Positions 1-13,200 of a stretch of DNA of 56,486 nt are shown one piece after another. This DNA is from Cyanophora paradoxa CCMP329 (taxonomy: Eukaryota; Plantae; Glaucophyta), in contig QPMI01000315.1 in assembly GCA_004431415.1 (NCBI GenBank), forward strand, positions 1 to 56,486, in the 5' to 3' direction. The notes beneath the pieces are model-generated. The model was not told the origin of the DNA. It did not search any database and worked only from the letters and a program-made list of their open reading frames with translations. The position numbers and the translations under genes are program-made. Position 1 is the first letter of the stretch; each line of letters starts with the position of its first letter.

Positions 1-1061
1 CGAGCACGAGGGCGTACGTGTTCCGCATCTTCCCGTCGAACTGGCCGCGCCCGCCCGCGTCGGGCGGGCCAGGCTCCGGCGGCTCGGGGCGGGGCGGGGC
101 GCGTGCCTGGACCTTGGCGCCCCAGAGGGCGGGATGCCGTGCGTCTGCAGCCGGCCCGCGGCCTACGGCGGGCGCGCCGGCGTGCGGATCGGCCGCCGGG
201 GCGGGGCGCGGGGGCGGGGGCGGCGGGGCAGGGGGCGGGACCTCGAAGGCGGAGGGGAAGGTCTCGGACAGGAGGACGAAGTGGACGAGGGCGCGCAGCG
301 GGCCCGCCCCCGCCGCCTCCACCCCGCCCCGGTCCGCGCAGGCCGCGAAGTAGGGCCCCACCACGGGGTCCCCGCCCCGCTCCGCGATCGCCAGCGAGAT
401 CTTGGAGACGCGCGCCCTGCCCCGCCCCGCTCGGGCCCGGAACCCGTCCGGCCCTGGGGTCGGGAAGGGACGCACGCGACAGTGTCGTCGTGAAGAGAGA
501 ACTGCGCGCGAGTGCGGGGATCATGATCAGGAGGCGCCGGCGCCGGCGGGCGGGCGTGTAGCTAAGGAAAGGAGCTGACGGAGTCGGCGCCGTCGGGGAT
601 CTTGGCGCGGGGCAGCCAGCCCCCTGCGCGCGACGTGAGGGGCGCTCTCCGGCGTGCACGCCGCGCCGTGCGGCGGGCGCACCGCAGGCGGCCTCGTAAA
701 AGTCGTCGCAGATCTGCGGGTCCAGGTCCGGCGCCCTCCTCGCGCTACCGCTCATCGTGGACGTGACGAACTGCGCCAGCTCCGCCCTTTTCTGCTCGTC
801 GCTCGCACCGGTCCCGGCTCCGTCGCCCACCGGGCGCGGCTCCGGCGGGGCAGCGGGGCGAAGGGTCAAGTCCCCTTCGTCGGCATCTGGCTGCAGCGCC
901 CGCGGCGCACGCCTCTGGATGTCGAATGCATCTGGCCGTGCCGACTGATCGGCGCCGCCGCTCCAGTCCCTCGTCCACCCGACAGCGACGATCGCAAGAA
1001 CGAGGGACAAGGACAAGATCGCAGCACGGCGAAGTCTAAAATGCGCCGGGGCTGCTGTCAT
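1..1061 (-). CDS. Peptidase family M13 (neprilysin/ECE-like), N-terminal part; runs off the window start
   Basis: ATG at 1061 gives MTAAPAHFRLRRAAILSLSLVLAIVAVGW (type II signal anchor). The spliced frame then reads DLDPQICDDFYEAAC|GGWLPRAKIPDG...FSLHDD, matching the M13 N-terminal signature DPCDDFYxxACGGW. Confidence 0.8.
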   Translation of the reverse strand, partial: MTAAPAHFRLRRAAILSLSLVLAIVAVGWTRDWSGGADQSARPDAFDIQRRAPRALQPDADEGDLTLRPAAPPEPRPVGDGAGTGASDEQKRAELAQFVTSTMSGSARRAPDLDPQICDDFYEAACGAPAARRGVHAGERPSRRAQGAGCPAPRSPTAPTPSAPFLSYTPARRRRRLLIMIPALARSSLFTTTLSRASLPDPRAGRVPGPSGAGQGARLQDLAGDRGAGRGPRGGALLRGLRGPGRGGGGGGGPAARPRPLRPPVRDLPLRLRGPAPCPAAPAPAPRPGGRSARRRARRRPRAGCRRTASRPLGRQGPGTRPAPPRAAGAWPARRGRARPVRREDAEHVRPRA

Positions 1062-1555
1062 GCTTTTTGCCGAGCTGTAGACGTAGCTAGCTAAGTGGCT
1101 AGCCAGGCTGCCGGGCTTTGCAGCTCTGAAAGCGGTCCCAGCGGGTGTCGACCCGGCGTTGGAGCTTTTACCGTCGGTTAGCTCAACAACTGAGGGCGGT
1201 CGCCGAGTCGCAGCGGCGGTCGTCGTCACCATCATCATCAGCGGAAGCTCGTTCCGCGAACGAACGTTCGCGGGCCGCGCGGCGGCCGCGGCCGCCCGGG
1301 CGCCGGCGGCGCGCAACACTCACTTATAATTATCGCTGTGTTTTGAACTTCGGAAGCACATGCATGTGCGTAGTCGCCCAGAAGTTGGGCCAGAACCCCA
1401 GTGATGCTTGCAATTGCTATTTACAGGTACGAAGGTATACCGCGGCCGGTTTGTGCTTCACGCGAGGCCGGCCTCATCGCCGCTGATTGCGTATACGGCG
1501 CGGCCACTGGTTCTGGCCCCAGCGCGCATCAATGCCCACGGCCGCGCATGCGCAC

Positions 1556-4500
1556 ATGGCGGCGCCGCCGGCCGTCGCGATGCGCCTCTCGACGCCAGAC
1601 AGGGAGCTGATGGCCGACATCGAGCGCGAGGTCTGTGGACGCTCCCGCGCCCGATCCCGAAGCGACCAAACGCGCGATCCTGACCCTGCGCATGCGGCCC
1701 GCCCGACCGGCAGATGCGGCCGCGGTTCGACGCGATGGTCCGGGCAGAGTTCGAGGCTCGCAAGCGCGCCCAGCACGCGCAGCCGCAGGCCACCGTGCAA
1801 GCTGACGGTGCGGCTTCCCAGATCTAAAACCGTTTTGAAGCTATTAGGCAGCTCTAGACGTCGGGGATCCGCCTTACCCCTGCCTGGTGTGCAGCGGCCG
1901 CGGGGGCGCCGGCCCCCTCTCGACCCGGGGCGAAGCGGTGCGACGTGTGTGTTGGCTTCGCCCCCGAGGACGCCCCCGTCGCCCGCCGCTACGCCGCCCG
2001 CCTCCGCGCCGCCGGCTTCTCCGTCCGGTGCGCCCCGGCCCCCGGCCATCTTCTGCCCTCCAGGTTCGAAATCTCTTGATCGTGCATCGGAGGGGGCGCA
2101 GGATGGACCGGGGCGCGCTTGCGGCCGCGCAGAGGCGACCCGGGGGCGCCGTGGAGGCCTGGGGCGACGAGGAGGGGCTCAAGGCGTCGGATGCGGGGCA
2201 GGGCGAGGTTCGAGCGCCCCTGCAATCCGCGCCTGCCGATTGCAGCGCCTCGTCCACCCTCTCCCTCGCCCCCCCCCCCCCCTCCCCTGCCCCCGCCCTC
2301 CCCCCCCCCTTGTCTCTCCCCCCCCTCCCCCCCCTCCAACCCCACCCACCCGGCCCTCCCTCGCCCCTGGCGTCATTACCCGGCCTAGCTTCCTCCTAGG
2401 CCTCCTCCACCGCTGTCCGCACTTTCCTCCTACCCCCCCCCACCCCCCCATCCCCTCCTCCTCCCCTCCCCCTCCGGGATCCTCCTCTCCTTCCGGATCC
2501 CTGCCCCACTTCATTTATTTTAACTAGTCACCCCTTTCCCCTCATCCGCACCCTCCTCTTGCGGGATCCCCCAGCCCCTCTCCCCTGACGGGCCTGACGC
2601 ACCGTCTGGCAGGAGGATGTGGAGCTCGAGGCGTGCCGGGCATTCGTCTTCTTCCTCTCCCGCGCCTTCCTCGCGGCCCCCGCCTGCGACGCCGCCCTCC
2701 AGCGCGCCCACGCCGACCGTAGCATCGCCAAGTTCCCCGGTGCGCCCGCCCGCGGTCGACTCGAGCTCCGCCAGGCCGCGGCCTCGTGCCGACCTCGCGC
2801 TCCCTGCGCAGTTTTCGTGGAGGCGCCGAAGAACCTGGACCTCTCCGCCGAGTATCGCATGATGGTGAGCCAGAAGTCGAGACCGCCACTCCAATTCGCT
2901 CCGAGCTGGCGGGGCGGGCGCCCAGGCGATCTTACCCTGATGATCTCGCGGTTGGCAGCTCACGAGCGTGAACTGGACGGTGCAGGGGGAGGGCGAGGCG
3001 GGCGCCGACGCCGCCTGCAACACCCTCGTGGCGGGCCTCCGAGCCCACCCCGCCCTCTTCGTGCGTTCCCCCCTCCCCCCTCCTCCCCACCCCCTCCCCC
3101 TCCCTCCCCCTCCCTCCCCTTCCCCCCTCCCCTTCACGCACGGACGCAGGAGTCGGCCGCGTCGCGGGCGGCCCCCGCGCCGGCGGCGTGGACCGGGGCG
3201 GGGGCGGACCTGGAGCGGTTCCTGCTGGCGCTCGGGCTCGGCGCGCTCAACCACGAGCACCCCTACGACGCCTTCGTGGTCCGCCCCGCCCCGCCCCGCC
3301 CCAACCCCGCTCTGCAGCTTGAGCTCGCAGTTGCGATAGCTGCATCTGCAGCTGTGCCCCTCACTCCGGATCAAACTGACGTTGAGCGTGCACGCGCGCG
3401 CAGTCCTACGCCCACAAGGACAGCGAGCTCGTCTTCCAATACGTCGAGGCGCTGGAGAAGGCCGGCCTCAAGCTCTGGTGCCGCCCCTCGCTCTCGCTTC
3501 TCAAGCTTTCAGTCTAGATCTCCACTTGAGCTTGCTGACACTCGGTTAACAAGCATGCGATTCAAGATGCACGTGCTCTGACTCGCGCATCCCAGGGTCG
3601 ACCGGAACTTGACCGTCGGGAGGCGCTGGATGGAGGACATCGTGCGCCGAAATGCTTCCCTTTGCACGTCGGATATCTCGCGCCTTGACCGCGAGCCTGT
3701 TGTGCACGCCCCGCGGGCAGGCGACGGCGATGAAGGAGAGCAAGTTCTTCGTCGCGTTCCTCTCGCCGAACTACGCCGCCTCGAGCAACTGCGACGACGA
3801 GCTCCAGTTCGCGCACCACCAGCTCCGCATCGCCAAGCTCCCCGTCTACCTCGCCCCGCCCGCCGAGCTCGCCTTCCGCACCGACCAGGAGATGATCCTC
3901 GCCAGGTCCGCCACCCGCGCCCCCGCCGTTCACGCACGAGTGGTGTTGCAGTGCTGCCGTGCTCGAGATCGGCCCCGTGGCCATGGCCAGTGACCGCAGG
4001 CCCCGCGCGCAGCATCAGAGAGCGGGCCCAGCACACGAGCGTGGAGGAGACGAGCGGCGAGCTGTTGCGGCGGCTGCAGGCCGCCATCGAGTGGGAGCGG
4101 GCCCTGACCGGCATGCTCGAGTCGCGGCGGCTCGTGGTGGACGAGCGGGGCGCCCCACACGGCATCCCGAGCCTCTCCGACGCCATCCTCGGCGCCCCGC
4201 CGGGCTGCACTTTCGTCATCAACGGACGGTGCGCGCAGCCTCGCGACCCCATGGCGCGTTTGGATTCCATTGGAGGAGGGAAAGCTGCATATTGTGGCTC
4301 GCGATCGGCCGTCATCGCTCACGACCACTCGTGTGCAGGTACACGCTGCGGACAGCCGTGCTGGTGCAGCAGGACCTGCGGCTCGAGGGCGCCTCCGGCG
4401 ATGCCGAGGTGGTGTGCGAAGTGGACGCTGGGCCCTCGACATCCGCAGCCTTCGTCCTCGGCCACGGCGCGCGGTGCTCGGTCACTCTCAGCAACCTGCG

Positions 4501-6953
4501 GTTCTCGGTTGGAGAAGCCCTCCTGAAGAATCTAGCCTCGCAGCCACCACATTCGAAATTCGACATCATTCGCGCATGGAAAGGTTGCAAGTGCGCACCT
4601 TCCTGGAATCTGAACGACCGTAAATGTCGTGCATGGGATGCTAACGGCGCCGGCGGCGCAGAGTGGAGGTCGAGTCCTGCAGGCTGCAGGCCCCGGACAA
4701 GGTCGAAGGCATCTCGGTGGAAGGCCCCGACACGTCCGCCACAATTCGCGGCTGCTCCATCTGGACGGAGGGCGAGGGCGAGGGGCTCAGCTATTCGCCC
4801 GGCGCCTGCGGCTCCGTGGAAGGCTGCACCGTGCACGGCAAGAACATGAAGGCGGGGCAGTCGTGCATCGACGTCGTGTCGAGCGAGGTCAACGTGACGA
4901 ACACTTCGTTCGCGGTCGAGGCATGGGACTCGCAATATACTGTACACCCCGTTGCTGTCGTGCGAATCGGCGGCACCGCGACAACGCTCTTCAAGGACAA
5001 CGCGATATCCATGGCCCTCGCCAGCCCGGACACGCGTACGGCCACGGATCCATATGCATGGCAAAAGCAACCTGCAGCCGTGGGCGTCCGCGTTTGCGGA
5101 AGCGCTTCAGCCACCGTCGCCGACAACAAATTCACCACTGTCGTCACCAGCACCCACGAGATTACCAAAGGCGGCACAAATAGTCACTTGCAATTGGGCA
5201 AATTCGAAGGAATTCGTGTAGAGGGATGCCGACACGCTTCGGTTTGTGGCAACGAGTTCACTGCAGCTGGCAATTTGATCGGCGTGCACTTCTTCTTAGG
5301 TTCCGACTTTTTCTTGCCGTCAGAACATGTCGACAACGATGCCGACCTACCTGTGGACAAGAACAGCTTCTCCCACTGTAGCACGGCGATTCTCGTGAAT
5401 GTCGACTCGAAGGGGTCATCTGCCCGGCAGGCGCCGCTGCAGCTGGCAGTCCGTCGCAACACCGTACAAGGTGGCACCACAGGCGTGCATGTGGGCGCAC
5501 GGAAGGACTTCGAGGACAGCGTCAAGCACGAGGCCAACCCGAGCGTCCCAGCGCTCGTTTCGCTGCACGTTGAGGAGAACGCGATAGAGGCATGCTCTGT
5601 TGGGCTGTCGGTCTCCGGATCCACAGGAAGCGCCCTCGCGATCGCCGTGATCTTCAAGAACAACACCCTCGAGAACATCAAGAAGCATGCAATCAACACA
5701 GAGGGAGACTCTCGCCCGCTCATCGAGCAGAACACGATCCAGGACACTGCTGCGGCCGGGACATCGACGTCGACGTCGACGGGCGTGCGGATTGCGAACG
5801 GGGCGTCTCCGCGAGTGCTGCGCAACCGGATCGCAGGCCCCCGCGTCGGGGTGCACGTGCAGGGCTTCAAGGACATCCGGAACTGGAAGGGGAAGCCCTG
5901 GGGCACGGCCGTGATACCCGGCGGCCTCGTCGAAGCCAACACGATCGCCAACTGCGGCGAGCACGGGCTCCTCATCGAGCACCACACGACGGTGCGCGAT
6001 TGCGGCCTGCAGCCGCTTCAGCTTCAGCTCGATGCATGTGGGGCCGGGCCCGGCGAGGGGCGCAGGTGCTCGTGCGGGGGAACACCGTCGAGGGCAGCGG
6101 GGGCGATGCCGTGCTCGTCGTCCACCACGTCGCCCCGCGGCGACCGCTCCAGCTCCGGTTCGTCGTCAAGCTCAAGGCTATGTGTGCGCTGCCGGCACCC
6201 GCCATTTATTGACGAACACGCATAACAGGCAGCTGCTGGATCTGCCTGCTGCACCCCTGCTGGACAGGTACAACAACGGAACCATCCGTTCCAGGCGAGT
6301 ATATAGCGGGGATGCGATGGCTGTCATGGTTCGGAAGGAGGTGGCGACGGTCGAGGCGAACGATATCAGCCGCAGCGGTGGCCCCGCCGTGCATATCGCC
6401 CTCGGCGCGGACGCCGTCGTGCGCGGAAACAAGGTTCGCTTCCCGTCGATCTGCACAGTAGTGCCGGGTCAGAGGGAATCCCAGAAGGGCCGCTGACATT
6501 ACGGTCGCGATGCAGATCCACGACCAGAAGGAAGGGGTCCTGATTTGGCGGCGGGGCAAGGGGACCGTCGAGGGGAACGAGTTCTCTGCGATCGGCAACC
6601 GCCCCATCGTGCGGCACATCCCCTCGGAGGTGCGGGCGCGGAGCAACGCGTGCGATGGGAGGCCCGCGGGGCCATCGGTCGTGTGCTGCTCGGGGGAGGT
6701 CGCCCGCTGGTGGTGCTGGCAGGCCCTCTGCGCCCCCCTCACGTGCGGCTTCAGCTGCTGCGCACAGACCTTCCGCAACTGGGGCGGCGACTCGACCTGC
6801 TACTTCCTCGTCTGCTCCTGCGGCGTCTGTGCCTTCACATGCCGCGACCCCGAGCTCGGCTGCCTGTGCCAGCGCTTCGGCGACGTCTGCTTCGACCTGC
6901 AAACTTCCAACTGCTGCGGTTGCAGGACCGGCCCGGGGATCGCGCCACATTGA
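1556..6953 (+). CDS. Multi-exon protein: two TIR domains + right-handed parallel beta-helix (PbH1/CASH-like) + Cys-rich C-terminus
   Basis: TIR1: VEAWGDEEGL...LEACRAFVFFLSRAFLAAPACDAAL...KFPVFVE. TIR2: YDAFV...LVFQYVEALEKAGLKLW...GRRWMEDI..AMKESKFFVAFLSPNYAASSNCDDELQFAH...KLPVYL. Beta-helix coils 4130-6600 (GVRIANGASPRVLRNRI, ATVEANDI, GTVEGNEF). Cys-rich tail ends at TGA 6951-6953. Start codon and the first exons are approximate. Confidence 0.72.
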
Positions 6954-7261
6954 ACAGCAGAATTCAGGAGTTTTCAATTTGTTTTTGGTTTGAATTAGGT
7001 GGATACGCAGCTAGTGACTTCAATTCAATCGTTAGGCAACGTCATGATCACCGATCGCGAGTTAAGGGCACTGCGGGGGCCAGCAGCGGGGCCTGCAGCC
7101 TATACGTACGTCTAGGCGTGGTGCCGACCCAAGCTCAAGGCATTCATGACCAGGGTCGCCGGGCTGGTCACTGTCAGATATCGACATCATTTCCTGCGCA
7201 AATCTAGATTCGGATCGACATCTACACTGCATGCACATCTGACAGCAAGAGGATCGAGCAA

Positions 7262-10200
7262 CTAAACGAGCTTGCGGGTAGAGCTCCTGGGGGCGGCGGA
7301 GCTCGGCGCGGCGGGGGCGGCGGGGCGGGTGGAAGAAGAGCGGCGGGAGGGGGCGGGGCTGCCGAGGAGGCTCTCCCGCCTGCTGGAGCCCCCGAAGGCC
7401 GGCGAGGCGAGGTGCGCGCTGGGGCCCGGGCCGGCGGCCGCCTGGGGCACGAGGCAGAGGCGGGCGAGGAGGGCGGAGAGCATGGCGGCGCCCTCGGCGT
7501 GCTGCACGGCCGCCACCTCGCCCTTGCCCGCCCCCGGCTTCCCCGCCGGCGCCCGCGCCAGCACAAGCGCCCCCGCGTTCTTGGCGCGGAGGGGCGGCCG
7601 GGCAGCCGCGGCAGGTGGGGGCGGGGCGGGGGCGGGCTTGGCGATGGCGGCCTTGCGGTCGAGGGCGGCCTTGTGCTCGAGGAGCTGGAGGCTCTGCTGG
7701 AGCTTCCGGACGGCCTCGGGGCGGGCGGCGACGGCGGCGCGCTGCTCGGGGCCGGCGGCGAGGGCGGAGAGGACGGCGACGGCGCCCTCGAAGATGTTCG
7801 CGCGGTCGCGGTACATGGCGACGTGCTCGGCGAGGATGTCCGGGGCGTCCTCCGTCTGCAGGAGGGCCCCCGCCGTCGCCGGGCGCCGCGCGATGTTCGC
7901 GAGGGCCCCGAGGGCGTAGCCGACGAGCTCGAGGTGCGGGAGGGAGCGGTTGCAGGAGCGGATGAGCCCGAAGATGATCGCCGTGGCCCCCGACTCCGCG
8001 AGCCGCTCGCAGCAGCGCGGCGAGTACCGCGTCGAGATCTCTGCGGTCCGCCTCAGCGATCGTCTCGCCCCGCGCGAGCGGCGCGGGAAGGGGCGGACCG
8101 AGGGCCTTGCAGGCGTCCATGACGACGGCGAGGCGGGAGCTGCGGAAAAGCGCCTCGAGGGCCGCCGCCGTCCGATTCCCGATCCGCCCCGCCTCCGTCG
8201 CCTCCCTCGTCGCGATCTGCGGGGAGGAATGACGCCCGCGCTGCGCCCGCGGGCGCCGGGGCGGCGACGCACGGCGAGGCGCTCGCGGAGCTGCCGCAGC
8301 TTCTGAGCGCCCGCGCGCCGGATCTTGTGGCCACGCCAGTGCGACTGCGCGGCAGAGGGTCATCACGGACGAGGGGAGCGGAGGCGCCGCCCCGCCAGGC
8401 GGACCTGGATGCAGAGGATGGCCTGGATGCGGCGGCGCGCGCAGAGGCCAGCAAGCCCCGAGCGCGCGAACGCCGTGAGGACACCCGCCGCCGCCTTCCG
8501 CCTCGCGACCCGCGCCCGCGCCAAGGGCTGGAGCGACGGATTAGGGGTCGAGAGAGGTTCGCTCAGAGCTGCCGTGCACACCTGCAGGGCGCAGACGGCC
8601 GAGCGAAGGCGCAAGAAGCGCAGGCGGTCCAGCCTGACCCGGAACCAGCGCTGGTGACGGCGTCAGAATGCGGGAAAGGCGAAGAAAGAACAAGGAGGAA
8701 CCTGAATGACGACAGCGGCAGAGCCGCAGCGCTCGACGCGCCGGCGGGAGAGCCAGACGCGTACGCAGCGCTGGAGCAGGAGAGCGGCGCGGTACTCCCG
8801 AATGTTGGCCCGGATATGCTGGAAGAACTTCCGTTGCAGCAGCCCACGGACGAGCGACTGCAGGAGTGTGGCCGCCGCCTGACGGACATTGAACCCACGA
8901 ACGAGCTCCGCGGCAAAAGCCCGGCGAGCCACGAAGCCCCGCCAGCTCGCCGCGATCGCCGTCGCCGCCGCGCGCGCCTGGCGGAACGACCGGCGGCCAC
9001 GAAGCCCCGCCAGCTCGCCGCGATCGCCGTCGCCGCCGCGCGCGCCTGGCCGAACGACCGGCGGCCACGAAGCCCCGCCAGCTCGCCGCGATCGCCGTCG
9101 CCGCCGCGCGCGCCTGGCCGAACGACCGGCGGGCCACGAAGCCCCGCCAGCTCGCCGCGATCGCCGTCGCCGCCGCGCGCGCCTGGCGGAACGACCGGCG
9201 GGCCACGAAGCCCCGCCAGCTCGCCGCGATCGCCGTCGCCGCCGCGCGCGCCTGGCCGAACGACCGGCGGGCCACGAAGCCCGCCAGCTCGCCGCGATCG
9301 CCGTCGCCGCCGCGCGCGCCTGGCCGAACGACCGGCGGGCCACGAAGCCCGCCAGCTCGCCGCGATCGCCGTCGCCGCCGCGCGCGCCTGGCCGAACGAC
9401 CGGCGGGCCACGAAGCCCCGCCAGCTCGCCGCGATCGCCGTCGCCGCCGCGCGCGCCTGGCGGAACGTCCGGCGGGCCACGAAGCCCCGCCAGCTCGCCG
9501 CGATCGCCGTCGCCGCCGCGCGCGCCTGGCCGAACGACCGGCGGGCCACGAAGCCCGCCAGCTCGCCGCGATCGCCGTCGCGCCGCGCGCGCCTGGCCGA
9601 ACGACCGCGGCCACGAAGCCCGCCAGCTCGCCGCGATCGCCGTCGCGCCGCGCGCGCCTGGCCGAACGACCGGCGGCCACGAAGCCCCGCCAGCTCGCCG
9701 CGATCGCCGTCGCCGCCGCGCGCGCCTGGCGAACGACCGGCGGGCACGAAGCCCCGCCAGCTCGCCGCGATCGCCGTCGCCGCCGCGCGCGCCTGGCGAA
9801 CGACCGGCGGCCACGAGCCCGCAGCTCGCCGCGATCGCCGTCGCCGCGCGCGCGCCTGGCCGAACGACCGGCGGCCACGAAGCCCCGCCAGCTCGCCGCG
9901 ATCGCCGTCGCCGCCGCGCGCGCCTGGCGAACGACCGGCGGGCCACGAAGCCCCGCCAGCTCGCCGCGATCGCCGTCGCCGCCGCGCGCGCCTGGCGAAC
10001 GACCGGCGGGCACGAAGCCCCGCCAGCTCGCCGCGATCGCCGTCGCCGCCGCGCGCCTGGCCGAACGACCGCGGCCACGAAGCCCGCCAGCTCGCCGCGA
10101 TCGCCGTCGCGCCGCGCGCGCCTGGCCGAACGGCGGGCCACGAAGCCCCGCCAGCTCGCCGCGATCGCCGTCGCCGCCGCGCGCGCCTGGCCGAACGACC

Positions 10201-13200
10201 GGCGGGCCACGAAGCCCGCCAGCTCGCCGCGATCGCCGTCGCCGCCGCGCGCGCCTGGCCGAACGACCGCGGCCACGAAGCCCGCCAGCTCGCCGCGATC
10301 GCCGTCGCCGCGCGCGGCCTGGCCGAACGACCGGCGGGCCACGAAGCCCGCCAGCTCGCCGCGATCGCCGTCGCCGCGCGCGCGCCTGGCGAACGCCGGC
10401 GGGCCACGAAGCCCCGCCAGCTCGCCGCGATCGCCGTCGCCGCCGCGCGCGCCTGGCGAACGACCGGCGGGCCACGAAGCCCCGCCAGCTCGCCGCGATC
10501 GCCGTCGCCGCGCGCGCGCCTGGCCGAACGACCGCGGCCACGAAGCCCCGCCAGCTCGCCGCGATCGCCGTCGCCGCCGCGCGCGCCTGGCCGAACGACC
10601 GGCGGGCACGAAGCCCCGCCAGCTCGCCGCGATCGCCGTCGCCGCCGCGCGCGCCTGGCCGAACGACCGCGGCCACGAAGCCCGCCAGCTCGCCGCGATC
10701 GCAGTCGCGCGCGCGCCTGGCCGAACGACCGGCGGCCGCGAAGCCCGCCAGCTCGCCGCGATCGCCGTCGCCACGCGCGCGCCTGGCCGAACGACCGGCG
10801 GGCCACGAAGCCCCGCCAGCTCGCCGCGATCGCCGTCGCCGCCGCGCGCGCCTGGCCGAACGACCGGCGGGCCACGAAGCCCCGCCAGCTCGCCGCGATC
10901 GCCGTCGCCGCCGCGCGCGCCTGGCCGAACGACCGGCGGGCCACGAAGCCCCGCCAGCTCGCCGCGATCGCCGTCGCCGCCGCGCGCCTGGCCGAACGAC
11001 CGGCGGGCACGAAGCCCCGCCAGCTCGCCGCGATCGCCGTCGCCGCCGCGCGCGCCTGGCGAACGACCGCGGGCCACGAAGCCCGCCAGCTCGCCGCGAT
11101 CGCCGTCGCCGCGCGCGCGCCTGGCCGAACGACGGCGGCACGAGCCCGCCAGCTCCGCGATGCGCGCCGCGCGCGCCTGCGAACGACGCGGCACAGCCCG
11201 CAGCTCGCCGTCGCCGCCGCGCGCGCCTGGCCGAACGACCGCGGGCCACGAAGCCCCGCCAGCTCGCCGCGATCGCCGTCGCCGCCGCGCGCGCCTGGCC
11301 GAACGACCGCGGGCCACGAAGCCCGCCAGCTCGCCGCGATCGCCGTCGCCGCGCGCGCGCCTGGCGAACGACCGGCGGGCCACGAGCCCCGCCAGCTCGC
11401 CGCGATCGCCGTCGCCGCCGCGCGCGCCTGGCCGAACGACCGGCGGGCCACGAAGCCCCGCCAGCTCGCCGCGATCGCCGTCGCCGCCGCGCGCGCCTGG
11501 CCGAACGACCGGCGGGCCACGAAGCCCCGCCAGCTCGCCGCGATCGCCGTCGCCGCCGCGCGCGCCTGGCCGAACGACCGGCGGGCCACGAAGCCCGCCA
11601 GCTCGCCGCGATCGCCGTCGCGCCGCGCGCGCCTGGCCGAACGACCGGCGGGCCACGAAGCCCGCCAGCTCGCCGCGATCGCCGTCGCCGCCGCGCGCGC
11701 CTGGCCGAACGACCGGCGGCCACGAAGCCCCGCCAGCTCGCCGCGATCGCCGTCGCCGCCGCGCGCGCCTGGCCGAACGACCGGCGGGCCACGAAGCCCC
11801 GCCAGCTCGCCGCGATCGCCGTCGCCGCCGCGCGCGCCTGGCCGAACGACCGGCGGGCCACGAAGCCCCGCCAGCTCGCCGCGATCGCCGTCGCCGCCGC
11901 GCGCGCCTGGCCGAACGACCGGCGGCCACGAAGCCCGCCAGCTCGCCGCGATCGCCGTCGCCGCCGCGCGCGCCTGGCCGAACGACCGGCGGGCCACGAA
12001 GCCCCGCCAGCTCGCCGCGATCGCCGTCGCCGCCGCGCGCGCCTGCCGAACGACCGGCGGGCCACGAAGCCCCGCCAGCTCGCCGCGATCGCCGTCGCCG
12101 CCGCGCGCGCCTGGCCGAACGACCGGCGCGCAAGGAAGCGGCGCATGCAGGCCTGCAGCTCCACAATGGCCGTGCGGTTTCGGAGGGCAGCCTTGAGCTC
12201 CGCGGAGACGCGCGCGGCCAGCACGTCGAGCTCGTGCTTCCGCACGTGTCTTGAACGCAGGCTCTGGATTTCTCGGCGCGTCCGTGTCGACCTCCAGCAA
12301 CGCTGCGGGCCCGAGTCATTCTCACCTCGCCCCGGGTAGAGGGCAAGGGTCACCTGAATCGACGACGCGGCGACGCGAGCGCGGGCGAAGGCGCGCCGGG
12401 CGACGGAGCCCCGCCAGGAGGCCTGGATCTGGGTTCGGCGTGAGTGGCGCCTAGGCGGCCGCGAGGGAAGGGGGCGGGTCAAGGGTCCGGCCGAGCCGCT
12501 GGAAACCGCGGCGCGTGGGGAGGGGGGCAACCCCCTCCCTGCCTGGCCGGACCTATCCGAGCAAATTTTTTTTTTGGAAGGGGGCGGGTCACCTTCGAGG
12601 CCTGCAGGCCGCGCCACTCGAGGCTGGCGGCCTTCACCGAGCGCAGCAGGGCAGCGCGCTGGGCCCGCCGGAGGGCCCAGGCCCGGATGCGCGCCGTCGC
12701 TGCCGTGCGCGCCGCGGCGAGGGCGGCCGCGCGCGCGGCTGCCGCCCGGCGCTCGGCCTCGCGGCGGGCGGCGCGCTCGAGGACGTCCCGCCAGGCGCGC
12801 TGGATGCGCGTCGCCGCCCGCCGCCGCCGCAGCTCCCGCGCCGCCTCGGGCGTCGGGGGTGGGCCCCGCGGCCGCCGCCGCTTCCACAGGCGCTGGATGG
12901 CGAGGGCAGCCTGCCAAACAGTGAGCGGAGGGCGGGGGCGCGAGGAGGGAGGAGCGGCAGGCGGCGCACGGAGCACTCGGTGGAGAGGTCGAGGAGGCGG
13001 CGGGCGAGGTAGGCGACGAACATGACGACGCAGCGCTCGTCGGGCACCGCCGGCCGCACTAGGTCCTCCGCCCGCACTGCCCCTCCGTCAGGCGCGGGCG
13101 CCGGGGCCGGGGCGGACAAGGGGCCGGGGCTCGCACCGAGCGGGGGCACGCCGCCGATGGAGCGGGCGAGGGAGAGGACGAGGCGGGCGTTGTGGCGCTC

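Noticed and set aside
2255-2610. Poly-Pro / poly-Gly ORFs
   Set aside because: This is a pyrimidine/C-rich low-complexity tract within an intron of the TIR gene.
8925-12130. CRISPR-like array
   Set aside because: No unique spacers, the unit is 23 codons, there are no cas genes, and the context is eukaryotic.
8925-12130. ASPM as a pseudogene because of many indels
   Set aside because: Indels cluster in the hard-to-polish array while the flanking domains are intact.
8327-12254. Giant + strand ORFs (1289 and 1121 aa; RSPASSPRSPSPP repeats)
   Set aside because: These are stop-free antisense frames of the GC-rich ASPM IQ array; the minus-strand frame matches ASPM.
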